Position numbers and translations under genes: made by a program. DNA of 64,000 nt. Origin: Flavobacteriales bacterium (GTDB taxonomy: Bacteria; Bacteroidota; Bacteroidia; Flavobacteriales_F; PHOS-HE28). The notes beneath the pieces are model-generated. The model saw nothing but the letters and a program-made list of their open reading frames with translations. It was not told the origin of the DNA and ran no database searches. How positions within the stretch are numbered: the first letter of the stretch is position 1; each line of letters starts with the position of its first letter. The stretch covers positions 878 through 64,877 of the forward strand of contig JADKFY010000041.1 of the NCBI GenBank assembly GCA_016717305.1, in the 5' to 3' direction. Below, piece after piece: positions 42,252 to 52,593 of this stretch.

Positions 42252-43247
42252 CTACCCCTTCCAACCCATCTCCCGGAACCCGATCATCTTGCCCTTAACG
42301 GGATCCCAGACCTTCAAACGGAGGCAACGGATCATTTCACCGGGCATCAAGGAGGTGGTCTTCGCCATCTGTAATTCGGGTATGGAACGCAATACCTCCG
42401 GCAAGCGGTAGAACGGAATTCGCGCATTCAGGTGGTGGATATGGTGGTAGCCGATGTTGCCAGTGAACCAATGCATCAAACGGCTCATACGCATGTAGCT
42501 ACTGCTTCCCAATGCCGCGTTCACATAGCTCCATCCTTCCTTTTCTGCGAAGGTGGCCGAAGGGAAGTTATGCTGGGCATAGAACAGGTAGGCACCCAAT
42601 CCCAAGGAGATCATCGCTGGGGCAATAAAGCCGAGCCAAAACGCCGTCCAGCCAAGCAGCCAGATGATCAGAATTCCCATCCCGATATGTATCCCGATGG
42701 CGAGCAGTGAATCCCAATGTTTGCTACGGTTGTTCATGAATGATCGGACGCACATGCCATAGAAGAAAACGAACACGTATCCGAATGCGATCGTAAGCGG
42801 GTGTCGGATGAACAGGTAGACCGCCCGCTCCTTTTTGGTGAATGTATTGAACTTCTCGACCGTTACGATCGGGTAACTTCCGATACTACTGGTGTACAGC
42901 TTACTGTTATGGGTATGATGATGGTCGTGGCTGCGCTTCCAAATGCTGGACGGGGCCAGGATGAAAATGCCCCAAATGGTCATCAGGACATCCGCCAATT
43001 TGGAGTTCTGTAGGATCGCCTTGTGCTGGTGATCGTGGTAGATGATGAACATCCGGGCGATGGTCAAGCCGGCCAGTATGCTGAAGATGATCTTCAACCA
43101 AAGTGGAGTGGTAGGCCAGAATATGCCAAAATACCAACCGGCCAGCAGCACACCGGTGGATACCAAGTGCCACCAACTCTTCCAACGCACTTCTTTTGCG
43201 TAGGGCTTGGTGGCCAGGATCAGTTCTTTCTCAGTTCTCGCGTCCAT
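42252..43247 (-). CDS. Membrane fatty-acid desaturase (di-iron, three His boxes)
   Basis: His boxes HDHQH, HDHHHTH and HHIHH. Four TM helices. Confidence 0.8.
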   Translation of the reverse strand: MDARTEKELILATKPYAKEVRWKSWWHLVSTGVLLAGWYFGIFWPTTPLWLKIIFSILAGLTIARMFIIYHDHQHKAILQNSKLADVLMTIWGIFILAPSSIWKRSHDHHHTHNSKLYTSSIGSYPIVTVEKFNTFTKKERAVYLFIRHPLTIAFGYVFVFFYGMCVRSFMNNRSKHWDSLLAIGIHIGMGILIIWLLGWTAFWLGFIAPAMISLGLGAYLFYAQHNFPSATFAEKEGWSYVNAALGSSSYMRMSRLMHWFTGNIGYHHIHHLNARIPFYRLPEVLRSIPELQMAKTTSLMPGEMIRCLRLKVWDPVKGKMIGFREMGWKG

Positions 43248-43256
43248 GTATCTACT

Positions 43257-44126
43257 TCAGGGCTTTCGATGCTTCCAGCGCCGATGGGTCCAGAGCCAAA
43301 GGTCGGGATAGTTCCTTATATCTCGCTCCAAACGTTTCGTATGGATCTCGGTTATCTCTCCAATGGCAGTATCCATAGGGGTTTCTACCAAGGTCTCCAC
43401 CTCCATCCGGTAATGCCCACGACGTGGCCGGGTGATGGCAATGTACACAATGGGCCTTCTCAGCTTCCGTGCAAGGGTTTCGGTGCCTTGGAATACCGGT
43501 GTTTCTTGGTTGAGGAACGTGGTCCAATAAGCCCGTTCCGGAGCAGGCGTCTGATCCGCTATGAACGCGGTTGCAGTTAGTTCGTCCTTGTCACGGATCA
43601 TCGCCCTGCTCGTTTCCCGCATCGTATACAATCCGGTGCCATGTCTTGTTCGCATCCGTGTCATCAATCGATCAAAATGTTCGTTCACCAAAGGGTGGTA
43701 GATCACGATAAGAGGTGGTACACCCCTCTCTGCACTGTATCGCGCCCCTGCAAGTTCCCAATTGCCGAAATGGCCTAGGACTATGATGATGCTCTGTCCT
43801 TTAGCGGCATACCCACGAAGTATTTCCGCGCCTTCCAACGATACCCGCTCACGCACTTTGTCCGGCGAGATCGTCAACGTCTTGATCGTTTCCAGCGCGA
43901 GGTCGCAGAACCACTGTTGGAACTTTCTGGCTATCGCCTGGATCTCGTGTTCGCTCTTTTCCGGAAAACTCTTGCGAAGGTTGGTCAATACCACGTCCTT
44001 TCTATAGCCGATCACCCTGAACACGATAATGTACATGAGATCGGAAAGCAAGTACAGCAGCGGGAACGGCAACAAGGAAACACCGTAGATGAAAGGTAGC
44101 GCTATGTAGTAACCAAGGGTGCCCAT
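43257..44126 (-). CDS. Lysophospholipid/lipid A acyltransferase, LpxL/HtrB family
   Basis: 289 aa with an N-terminal membrane anchor and the HFGNWE acyltransferase motif. Nine bp upstream of the desaturase. Confidence 0.7.
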   Translation of the reverse strand: MGTLGYYIALPFIYGVSLLPFPLLYLLSDLMYIIVFRVIGYRKDVVLTNLRKSFPEKSEHEIQAIARKFQQWFCDLALETIKTLTISPDKVRERVSLEGAEILRGYAAKGQSIIIVLGHFGNWELAGARYSAERGVPPLIVIYHPLVNEHFDRLMTRMRTRHGTGLYTMRETSRAMIRDKDELTATAFIADQTPAPERAYWTTFLNQETPVFQGTETLARKLRRPIVYIAITRPRRGHYRMEVETLVETPMDTAIGEITEIHTKRLERDIRNYPDLWLWTHRRWKHRKP

Positions 44127-44163
44127 GGAAGGGGCGCAAAATTACGGCCGATGGAAGGCATAG

Positions 44164-44799
44164 TCACCGGAACAAGTCCTTCCGCCCGATCACACTGCAG
44201 ATCGGACATTTTAATGGATCATGCCGCTGGGCTGGGCAGTGTTCCCTTCCGAAGTAAATGATGCGCAAATGCAACGCGTTCCACATGTCCTCTGGAAAAA
44301 GGCGCTTCAGATCTGCTTCTGTGCGCTCTACATTTTTGCCTGTGCTAAGTGTCCAGCGGTAAGCCAAACGATGAATGTGCGTATCCACCGGAAAAGCTGG
44401 CACACCAAAAGCTTGGGACATCACAACGCTCGCCGTCTTGTGGCCTACGCTCGGCATGCGTTCCAAAGCGGCCATGTCCTCGGGCACCACACCGCCATGT
44501 TCTTCAACAATAAGTTTCGAGAGCCCATGGATCCCTTTGGATTTCATCGGCGACAGACCACAGGGCCGAATGATGTCCCGGATCTCTTCCACGCTCAACT
44601 TCATCATCTGCTGCGGCGTACGTGCCTTCGCGAAGAGCAACGGCGTGATCTCGTTCACCTTCTTGTCCGTGCACTGCGCGCTTAGCAACACAGCCACCAA
44701 CAAGGTGAACGGATCCTGATGGTCCAGCGGGATCGTGATGCGCGGGTACAACTCGGCTAGTTTGGTGGCTGCGAAGGCTGCTTTCTGTTTCTTGGTCAT
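44164..44799 (-). CDS. nth: Endonuclease III (HhH-GPD, [4Fe-4S])
   Basis: LLSAQCTDKKVN, HhH-GPD and C-terminal CxxxxxxCxxCxxxxxC cluster (CPAQRHDPLKCPIC). Confidence 0.9.
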   Translation of the reverse strand: MTKKQKAAFAATKLAELYPRITIPLDHQDPFTLLVAVLLSAQCTDKKVNEITPLLFAKARTPQQMMKLSVEEIRDIIRPCGLSPMKSKGIHGLSKLIVEEHGGVVPEDMAALERMPSVGHKTASVVMSQAFGVPAFPVDTHIHRLAYRWTLSTGKNVERTEADLKRLFPEDMWNALHLRIIYFGREHCPAQRHDPLKCPICSVIGRKDLFR

Positions 44800-45608
44800 C
44801 GTGGCAACCAGTGTTGTTGGATGAGTTGGGGAAAACGGGTTACTCCCAAACGCCCATTCGCATCGAAAAGGAATTTCTCTACATCGGTGGCCATGGCTTC
44901 CATATCAAGTTGTCCGCATCGGTCCAGAAGGGTCTTGGCAAGTTCCTCTGTGGTTGTGATCCCCATTTTCTGCTCGGTGTACTTGAGGTCCGGTTCCGTG
45001 TTCATGCCGAGTAGGAAGGACACGTCAAAAAAGTCTCGACCCTTGGCTCGTTTCCGGTCCATGATCGCATGGCATTTCTGCGCGAGCAATAGCGGTCGTG
45101 GACAGCAACGAATGTCTTGCCGCACATCCCAACGGGAAATGAACCAAGGCTCTGGATCATACGCGTACCGCTGCGGCTCGGTGTCCAGTTGAATGAGGAT
45201 GGTCTGTTCCTTATTGCCTGTGAGGCCGTGGTGGAATAGCAAGCCAGGCAGACGTACGAGACAACGGAACGCGTTGATCCCGGCCATTTCGACTTTTACC
45301 TCGTAGCCCTCACGTTCCAGTTCTCGCTTTACCAAAGCACCTATTTCTGCGAATTCAGGTTTGGTGAGTCCTAGGTTGTCGAAATCCAGATCCTCACTGA
45401 AGCGTCGGTTGCCGTGTACGATCCGCAAGCAAGTGCCACCCAAGAACACCAATCGTGTTGCATATGGGGAGGTGAAAATGATGCCCAAGATCCTGTATTG
45501 AAGGTATTCCCGTAGTAAGAATCCTTCATGCTCATGGAGCATTTCGGGATAGACTTTCTTGATCTCAGCGAGCGTGATCATTGAGCCAGCGTTGGAAGGC
45601 TTTTGCAC
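44796..45608 (-). CDS. AbiEii/AbiGii-family nucleotidyltransferase toxin (type IV TA)
   Basis: 270 aa. N-terminal NTase-fold motifs (…FLGGTCLRIVHGNRRFSEDLDFD…). Its stop overlaps the nth start (ATGA). Confidence 0.75.
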   Translation of the reverse strand: MQKPSNAGSMITLAEIKKVYPEMLHEHEGFLLREYLQYRILGIIFTSPYATRLVFLGGTCLRIVHGNRRFSEDLDFDNLGLTKPEFAEIGALVKRELEREGYEVKVEMAGINAFRCLVRLPGLLFHHGLTGNKEQTILIQLDTEPQRYAYDPEPWFISRWDVRQDIRCCPRPLLLAQKCHAIMDRKRAKGRDFFDVSFLLGMNTEPDLKYTEQKMGITTTEELAKTLLDRCGQLDMEAMATDVEKFLFDANGRLGVTRFPQLIQQHWLPR

Positions 45609-46188
45609 GGGTATGCAATGCCTTGTTGTTGGAAAGCGTCAATTGGTCGTTCCACACGTTCTGTTGAATGGCTTTTCGAATTCCGACCCGGTCCAATCGA
45701 AGGCTTTCGAAATCGTCCGGCCCGGCCAGTTCCCGGTCAAGGTGAAGTAGATCCAGCAATGCTTTCTCTGGAGTTGCCATCCGGACCGGGATCCCACCGT
45801 TCTGATCAATGGTGTACCCTAGGAACCATGCAGGTTTGACCTGCCTGTAGAAGTATCGCACTCCATCCATCTCAAAAGTCTGTGCATGGCGCGTGGTGAT
45901 GCTGGTTACATGGAATACACCTTCAGGAATGAAACCGTAGTGACCGAGTGCCGATTGCAACGAAATATAGGATGGGGCATAAACAGTATTCGCTACTGCA
46001 TGGCGCTCCGGTAAATTCCAAGGACGATCTGCGACCCGGTAATATGGGCGGCGCAAAGATCGGACCCATCCCCTTTGTTGCCAGTAGTGCAATTGTCGGT
46101 CGTCGAATGCAGGGAATCTCAGTGTGACATCCCGAACAGTGAAACATGGCCGTTCCGAAAAGACTGAATGAAAGTCCTTGAAGCGCAT
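45565..46188 (-). CDS. AbiEi-family antitoxin/transcriptional regulator
   Basis: 207 aa. N-terminal wHTH-like segment (…FTVRDVTLRFPAFDDRQLHYWQQRGWVRSLRRPYYRV). Overlaps abiEii by 44 bp. Arrangement typical of abiEi-abiEii. Confidence 0.7.
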   Translation of the reverse strand: MRFKDFHSVFSERPCFTVRDVTLRFPAFDDRQLHYWQQRGWVRSLRRPYYRVADRPWNLPERHAVANTVYAPSYISLQSALGHYGFIPEGVFHVTSITTRHAQTFEMDGVRYFYRQVKPAWFLGYTIDQNGGIPVRMATPEKALLDLLHLDRELAGPDDFESLRLDRVGIRKAIQQNVWNDQLTLSNNKALHTRAKAFQRWLNDHAR

Positions 46189-46234
46189 ATTTGCGTCGTA
46201 AAGGGGATAAAAATATCCCTTTCCTGACGCAAAT
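46189..46234. promoter_or_regulatory. Composite inverted repeat abutting the abiEi start codon; candidate AbiEi autoregulatory operator
   Basis: ATTTGCGTC-gt-AAAGGGGATA-aaaa-TATCCCTTTcc-t-GACGCAAAT (outer 9-bp and inner 9/10-bp arms). Confidence 0.3.
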
Positions 46235-46293
46235 GCAAGTCCGTATGCAAGGTTGTGAAGGTCCGGTCAGCCAATTTCGGGACTCTGATCAAC

Positions 46294-46977
46294 TCACTTT
46301 GACTTGAAATCAAAATGCATACACCGCCCGTGCGATTTCTCAATGTGCTGGTAGTCTTGCGGCTTCGGCCAGCGGCCACCCCACGACCAACCGCGCCGTT
46401 CCAAATGCTTCAGGATGTTCGCATGCGTCAATGTGCCGGAACGACCTTTCTCGTATCGACCAGCCGCAGGTAATACGGTCGTATTCCCGCCTTCTCGCCT
46501 CATCATTGGGTTGAACAACGGATTGAAATCTATGGCCAAACCCATGGCGTGCTTGGAAGGGTCGGTTGAAACGCTCTTGCTCCGGTAGTTGAAGGCAGAG
46601 GTATTATTGTCCGCCATGGAGGCCATGTCATCCCAACCAGTGGTATCCGCATTCAGTCCGTAACGGTTGATGGGGATCACTTTCGCGATTGGAAAAGTGT
46701 CCCGGCGCAGTCCATCGAATATCGCTTGAACATCAGCGACCACGCAGGCATGAACGATCAAGATCCCGGAGTAGAGCGTCTTCGTGTCCACCTGTGTGTA
46801 TGCCGGATCGGCGAAGGAATAGTACTGCACTTCGATCGCCTTCAACTGGTCGCAAGCCTTCAATGGTCCCAGCTTCGTCTCGATCCACCGCAGATCTTTT
46901 GCAAATCCTATCGTATCAGCCAAGGTGCTCTTCGCGATCTGAGCATTCGCTGTTGAAACAACGTTGATCAACATCAT
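46294..46977 (-). CDS. Peptidase M15 family (VanY-like D-Ala-D-Ala carboxypeptidase), secreted
   Basis: Signal peptide MMLINVVSTANAQ. Zinc-ligand motifs H…D (…KHAMGLAIDFNP…) and C-terminal …WGGRW…H…. Confidence 0.7.
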   Translation of the reverse strand: MMLINVVSTANAQIAKSTLADTIGFAKDLRWIETKLGPLKACDQLKAIEVQYYSFADPAYTQVDTKTLYSGILIVHACVVADVQAIFDGLRRDTFPIAKVIPINRYGLNADTTGWDDMASMADNNTSAFNYRSKSVSTDPSKHAMGLAIDFNPLFNPMMRREGGNTTVLPAAGRYEKGRSGTLTHANILKHLERRGWSWGGRWPKPQDYQHIEKSHGRCMHFDFKSK

Positions 46978-47027
46978 TCCCGCTAAAAACCTGCCGTAAC
47001 AATTCGCGGCATGGAACAAGGAATGCG

Positions 47028-47510
47028 TCATTCAATATCGAATTCGCGCATCCCAACGCCTCGCAGGAAATGATGCGTTATCACCCTTCCTCCGCTTTCC
47101 AAATGAACGATGTTGTCCTGTTCCATGAACACATCCTGCAACAAGCTATTGGAAACGGAGATCCCACCGGAATCCTTCACGCTATCCACCTCTAAATAGC
47201 AGAACATATTCTCACCTTCCATTTCGCGGCCGACCCAACGCCAGTTCAACGGCTTGTCCTCTATGGAAAGATGCAGATGATCCACGAAATAGGCGTTGAT
47301 CAAACTATCGGCTTTGGGGTGCTCATGGACCGAATTCAATTTCAATTCGGCAATGTTCGAGAGCGCGTGTTCCAAGTCGTGCGCGGTGATCTGCCAGGTA
47401 AGGTCCAAGGTCTGCTGCACGGCATTGTGCCGAATGGTCAGGATGGAAATAAAGAAGTCGTGTGGTACCAGCACCGCCGATAGCAACAGCACGAAAAGCG
47501 AAAACTTCAT
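47028..47510 (-). CDS. Secreted hypothetical protein
   Basis: 160 aa with signal peptide MKFSLFVLLLSAVLV. No recognised motifs. Four bp overlap with the M15 peptidase gene. Confidence 0.4.
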   Translation of the reverse strand: MKFSLFVLLLSAVLVPHDFFISILTIRHNAVQQTLDLTWQITAHDLEHALSNIAELKLNSVHEHPKADSLINAYFVDHLHLSIEDKPLNWRWVGREMEGENMFCYLEVDSVKDSGGISVSNSLLQDVFMEQDNIVHLESGGRVITHHFLRGVGMREFDIE

Positions 47511-47547
47511 GCTGCAAAGTTCACCGATCCGATCTTCTCGGCGCTTT

Positions 47548-49239
47548 TTAGCGCAACACCGTGATGGAACCCGTGTGTTCCTGATCGATCACTGCACCGC
47601 ATGAGGCACGATAGGCCACCGTGTAATAGTACGTGCCGGCTGCGGCATCCCGCGCATTCCACGAGCGCTCACCTGCACCTTCGGCCTCATGCATCAATTG
47701 TCCCCAACGGTTATAGACCGTAAGTGAGTAGGCCTCGAACAAGTTGGTGATATCCAATTCCGGGTCACTGAGAAGGAATGGGCGCCAAACATCGTTCTTG
47801 CCGTCACCATTAGGGGAGATCACCGTGGGAAGTAGTATCGAGCTCAGGTCCACAGTGGGGACGGACGTGGGTGCGATCACCACGGATGCTTCGTCCGTGC
47901 AACCACTGATCGGTTCGGTCACCAACACGGTGTAAAGCCCTGACTGACCCACTTCGGGTGCAGGACTTGTGCTGAAAGTAGGGTTGGTGCCGGACTCCGT
48001 AACGGCCGTCCATGAATAGGAGACCGTCTGTGCAGGAACCACCTCCAGCCCTTCGATCGTGATAGATGACTGCGAACATGAGAGGCTGTCCTGATCCTGC
48101 GGAAGCTGCACTTGGAGCAAATGATCCGGAATGATGACCTGTTGGAAGACCTGGCAACCGATCGAGTCCACTACGTTCAGGAAGTAGGTTCCAGGGGTCA
48201 GTTCCTCCGCAGTTCCCGTCGGTAGAACTGTTCCCGCGAGTGTGTAGGTTATTGGTTCTGCGCCACCCCTATGTGCAGCCACAAGACCACCTCCAGCGCC
48301 GTTGCACGCCGTGTTCACGTCCACACTGAAATTGAGAGGTTCGACCACATTGAATTGCAAAGTGGTGTCCACGACGATGTTCCCGCACGGGTCTTCCACA
48401 TTATCTGAGACCAACGTGACCACCAGGGTATACATCCCCGTTTCCAACAAGGGGGTCGGGAGCACGAGATCGAATCCGATCTGGGCAAATGCAGTGGGTT
48501 GATCGGGACTTACGGATGCCACAACAACGGAGCCCCCGGAAGGAGTGGTGATACTGAAGTCGGTCGCCTGAACGGTGCTTGTCACGATATTCTCACTGAA
48601 GGTCAATTGCAACGTTTCGTTGGTACAGTCCGCTACAACGGAGATCGGTACGGGTGGGGTCTGGTCATAGAGCGATGCGGAACTCTGCGTGAAATCGATC
48701 GTGTAACCGTCCAAGCTGCCGGACCAGTTCATCACCACCAGGGCATAGGTCTGTCCAACTTCTACAGGAAGGTCGGCATTGAACACAGGACCGTTGAGAT
48801 CGCCCGGCCCATTGGATGTGCCCGTTCCTCCGTTCGTTGAAGAGATCCCGGTCGGTCCGTTCTGCACTAACGACCCGTACGAATTGCAGTTCACTTCCGG
48901 CGAAGTCCCATCCTGCGCAGTGATCCCCGGGCAACCGCCATTGGTGATATCGAACAAGCCCCAGTCGTAGTCATCGGCATCGTTGGCCGGGTCCAGTACA
49001 AAGCTCAGATCACCCGCTTCCTGCACGGTAAAGGTGTACCACAAGCTCGCCGTTTCGTTATTCTGGTTGCACGTGCCTGTGAATTCATAGACCGAACCCG
49101 TACCAAGCGGAGCGGTCGTTTCCGTAAAAATGCCACCGCAGAGTTCGATCGCGCCCGCACAATCACTGGTGCTGGTTTGCGCGTAAGAGTTGGCCGTGCA
49201 TGCCACGCCGAGTATTACGAGGGAACGAAGGTTCATCAT
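47548..49239 (-). CDS. Secreted protein with T9SS type-B (gliding motility-associated) C-terminal domain
   Basis: Signal peptide MMNLRSLVILGVACTANSYAQ. C-terminus …ISPNGDGKNDVWRP…LTVYNRWGQLMHE…TYYYTVAY…. Confidence 0.7.
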   Translation of the reverse strand: MMNLRSLVILGVACTANSYAQTSTSDCAGAIELCGGIFTETTAPLGTGSVYEFTGTCNQNNETASLWYTFTVQEAGDLSFVLDPANDADDYDWGLFDITNGGCPGITAQDGTSPEVNCNSYGSLVQNGPTGISSTNGGTGTSNGPGDLNGPVFNADLPVEVGQTYALVVMNWSGSLDGYTIDFTQSSASLYDQTPPVPISVVADCTNETLQLTFSENIVTSTVQATDFSITTPSGGSVVVASVSPDQPTAFAQIGFDLVLPTPLLETGMYTLVVTLVSDNVEDPCGNIVVDTTLQFNVVEPLNFSVDVNTACNGAGGGLVAAHRGGAEPITYTLAGTVLPTGTAEELTPGTYFLNVVDSIGCQVFQQVIIPDHLLQVQLPQDQDSLSCSQSSITIEGLEVVPAQTVSYSWTAVTESGTNPTFSTSPAPEVGQSGLYTVLVTEPISGCTDEASVVIAPTSVPTVDLSSILLPTVISPNGDGKNDVWRPFLLSDPELDITNLFEAYSLTVYNRWGQLMHEAEGAGERSWNARDAAAGTYYYTVAYRASCGAVIDQEHTGSITVLR

Positions 49240-49562
49240 CAAGACAAGTTGCTTTACGGAACAAGGACGGTTCAACGGCGATGGGCGGTGCCTGAGGAAT
49301 GGGCAGGGGTCAAGGTGGGCCAAGATAAGTGCAGTAGGAACTCAGGGCTTCGACAAGGTACTTCGAAGTTCAGCTATTTGGACTGGAACTTGCGTTGCAT
49401 CATCACTTCTTATCGGAAGTGGCTTTCCAAATGCAATCACTTTCGGTTACCGGTCCCGATCTGAAGAGTACCGATCGCCGTTCGAATATCGACTAGTGGC
49501 TGGAACATCCTCCGAATTCCAGCATGTGACGAACCGCGCTCCTTCTCCGTATTTTCGCCTCC

Positions 49563-51923
49563 ATGTCCCGTTCCCTTTTTACCGGTGTTGTGCTGCTACT
49601 TGCGTTGGTGGCAACCGCACAAGACTCCCAGCGCTACGGCCGCGATAAGTTCCGCCAGTTGGACCAAGAACTGCCAACGCCCAATGAACAACGTACGGCA
49701 AGCGGTGCTCCAGGCCATGCCTATTGGCAAATGAAGGCCGATTACGATATCAAAGTCGAGATCGATGATGCGACCCAGAAATTAACGGGGACGGAAACCA
49801 TTACGTACCACAATCAAAGCCCTGACAAGTTGCAGTACCTCTGGTTGCAGTTGGATGGCAACATCTTCGAACCCGGGAGCGATGCCAATTTGATCCGCAC
49901 CGGAACGATAGGCGATAGCGTTTCAATGAAGCAGTTGAAAAATTGGGTGGAGCCCTTTGACGGTGGCTTCCGAATTACCAGTGTTACCGATGCGAGTGGC
50001 AGTGATCTGAAGCACACTATCAACAAGACCATGATGCGCATTGACCTGCCCAAACCATTGGTGCCGGGTGCGGTCTACAGTTTCAAGATCGGTTGGTGGT
50101 TCCCGATCAATGATCGCATGAAGGTGGGTGGCCGCAGCGGCTATGAGTATTTCGAAGAGGAGGACAATTACCTCTACACCATCGCACAGTTCTACCCACG
50201 CCTGTGCGCCTACATGGATTACTCCGGCTGGATGCACAAGCAATTCCTAGGGCAAGGCGAATTCACATTGGACTTCGGGGATTATAACGTGAGCATTACG
50301 GTGCCAAGCGATCATATCGTTGGTGCGACCGGCGTGCTTCAGAATGAAAGTGCCGTGCTTTCCACCGACCAACGCAGCCGCTTGGCCAAGGCCCGCAAAG
50401 CCGATATGCCCGTGATGATCGTAACTCCCGAAGAAGCGGCTAAAGCAGAGAAGACCAAGGCAACAGGTAAGAAGACATGGGTGTTCAAAAGCCAGAACGT
50501 GCGTGATGTGGCCTTTGCCAGCAGCCGTAAATTCATTTGGGATGGGCAGAACCAACCGGTCGGTACCCCGGGCTCTTCGGCCGGGGTGACGAACGTTCTA
50601 TGTATGAGCTATTACCCCAAGGAAGGAAATCCACTGTGGGAGCAGTACAGCACCAAAGTGGTGGCGCATACGATCAAGACGTACAGCAAGTATACCTGCG
50701 ATTACACGTATCCAGTGGCCATCAGTGTACACACGGATCGTATCGGCATGGAGTATCCCATGATCTGTTTCAACGGTGGAAGGCCCGAGAAGGACGGCAC
50801 CTATAGCGAGCGGACCAAATATGGCATGATCGGCGTGATCATCCACGAGGTGGGCCACAATTTCTTCCCCATGATCATCAACAGTGACGAGCGCCAATGG
50901 ACGTGGATGGATGAAGGACTGAACACCTTCACACAATTCCTCACCGAGCAGGAATGGGATAAGGATTATCCGAGCTGGCGCGGCAAACCACGCAATATCG
51001 TGGGCTACATGAAAGGCGATGTATCCGGATCAAAGGAGGGTGTCGAGCCGATCATGACCAACAGCGAGAGCATTACGCAATTCGGCAATAACGCGTATGG
51101 AAAACCGTGTACGGCACTGAACATCCTTCGTGAAACCGTCATGGGTCGTGAACTCTTCGACCATGCCTTCAAGACCTACGCCGACCGCTGGAAGTTCAAA
51201 CACCCGACACCGGCCGATTTCTTCCGCACCATGGAAGATGCCAGCGGCGTGGATCTGGACTGGTTCTGGCGCGGCTGGTTCTATACCACGGACCATGTAG
51301 ACCTTGAAATTGCGGACATGATGTACAAACGGATCGATCCAAAGGACCCAGCTCTTGCCGAACAGTTGAAGCGACAGGACAAGGACCGCGAAGTCGCCGA
51401 CCTGAGCCGACAGCGCAATGTGGACATGAACATTCCGTTCGTGGTGGATCGTGACCCGAGCACCAAGGATTTCTACAACAGCTACGACCCGCTAACTGCA
51501 ACAGCGCGTGAGAAAGCGCGGTTCGAAAAATGGAAGTCCACAATTGGGCCGGATGAGCTGGCTTTGCTGGATGCCGACCTGCACGTTTACGAGTTGCAGA
51601 TGAAGAATATCGGAGGCTTGGTGATGCCGGTGATCCTGCAGTGGGAATACCTTGATGGGACCAAAGAGGTGGACCGCATTCCAGCCGAGATCTGGAAGAT
51701 CAGCGATGAGGTATCGAAGGTCTTCGTGAAAAGAAAAGAAGTGAAGTCCGTAACTCTGGATCCATTCCTTGAAACAGCGGATTGCGACTTGAACAACAAC
51801 AGTTGGCCACCGCGGTTGGTACCGACTAGATTCGATGTGTTCAAGGAAAAGGATCGGGAGCGTCCGAATCCCATGCAGATCGAACGGAAGCAAATGGAAG
51901 GTGGAGAGTTGAAAGGGGAGTAG
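49563..51923 (+). CDS. M1-family zinc metallopeptidase (aminopeptidase N / LTA4-hydrolase fold), secreted
   Basis: Signal peptide. HEVGHNFFPMIINSDERQWTWMDEGL = HExxH-(18 aa)-E gluzincin motif. 786 aa. Confidence 0.8.
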   Translation: MSRSLFTGVVLLLALVATAQDSQRYGRDKFRQLDQELPTPNEQRTASGAPGHAYWQMKADYDIKVEIDDATQKLTGTETITYHNQSPDKLQYLWLQLDGNIFEPGSDANLIRTGTIGDSVSMKQLKNWVEPFDGGFRITSVTDASGSDLKHTINKTMMRIDLPKPLVPGAVYSFKIGWWFPINDRMKVGGRSGYEYFEEEDNYLYTIAQFYPRLCAYMDYSGWMHKQFLGQGEFTLDFGDYNVSITVPSDHIVGATGVLQNESAVLSTDQRSRLAKARKADMPVMIVTPEEAAKAEKTKATGKKTWVFKSQNVRDVAFASSRKFIWDGQNQPVGTPGSSAGVTNVLCMSYYPKEGNPLWEQYSTKVVAHTIKTYSKYTCDYTYPVAISVHTDRIGMEYPMICFNGGRPEKDGTYSERTKYGMIGVIIHEVGHNFFPMIINSDERQWTWMDEGLNTFTQFLTEQEWDKDYPSWRGKPRNIVGYMKGDVSGSKEGVEPIMTNSESITQFGNNAYGKPCTALNILRETVMGRELFDHAFKTYADRWKFKHPTPADFFRTMEDASGVDLDWFWRGWFYTTDHVDLEIADMMYKRIDPKDPALAEQLKRQDKDREVADLSRQRNVDMNIPFVVDRDPSTKDFYNSYDPLTATAREKARFEKWKSTIGPDELALLDADLHVYELQMKNIGGLVMPVILQWEYLDGTKEVDRIPAEIWKISDEVSKVFVKRKEVKSVTLDPFLETADCDLNNNSWPPRLVPTRFDVFKEKDRERPNPMQIERKQMEGGELKGE

Positions 51924-51924
51924 G

Positions 51925-52254
51925 ATGATCCGCGTTAGCTTGGGGACTCTTTTCCTATTGCTCCTGCTACTAGCTTCGGCATGTAACGATTTCGAGAATG
52001 AGGCATTCAACCGAAATAAGTGGGCGAAAGGTGACTACCATGTTCGAGGTCGGATGTATTACGACTTCTTGATCAATCATCAATTGAACGGGATGACAAG
52101 AGAAGAAGTTGCGTATTGGTTAACGATCCCCAGCGACACTTTGAAGTGCTTGTGGACTTACCACCTTGATCTTGGTTGGACCGCTCTTTTCCACATGGAG
52201 GTTCAGTATGACAGTCTTTCGCAACGTGTTGATTCGGTGAGGGTATGGGACTGA
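51925..52254 (+). CDS. Hypothetical lipoprotein
   Basis: MIRVSLGTLFLLLLLLASAC lipobox. 109 aa. Confidence 0.4.
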   Translation: MIRVSLGTLFLLLLLLASACNDFENEAFNRNKWAKGDYHVRGRMYYDFLINHQLNGMTREEVAYWLTIPSDTLKCLWTYHLDLGWTALFHMEVQYDSLSQRVDSVRVWD

Positions 52255-52356
52255 TCACAGAACTGTTCGTGATTACTCTTTATGGATCCAATTTTCAGTG
52301 AAGAACCCTCAATTTCGCGACAAGTCGGCCTTATCTTTGAATATCACTTGAACACA

Positions 52357-52593
52357 ATGAGCACCTCCGAACTCAAACTCAACCTTCTGGAACGTCTAGC
52401 CCTTGTTCAGGATGCTGGCTTACTGCAGCGTTTGAAGCAAGTCTTCGACCAGGAGCTTGCCGAGTCTGATGATTTCACGGATGATGAATTGGCCGAGCTG
52501 AATGAGATCGATCGGCGACGGAAGGCTGGTTTGGATACCTACCTCTCTATGGAAGATGCCATGCGCATGATCCGAGAAGGCCGTGCTGCATGA
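52357..52593 (+). CDS. Putative addiction-module antitoxin (ParD/Phd-like small acidic protein)
   Basis: MSTSELKLNLLERLALVQDAGLLQRLKQVFDQ…DDELAELNEIDRRRKAG. 4-bp overlap with the downstream RelE/ParE-like gene. Confidence 0.5.
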   Translation: MSTSELKLNLLERLALVQDAGLLQRLKQVFDQELAESDDFTDDELAELNEIDRRRKAGLDTYLSMEDAMRMIREGRAA

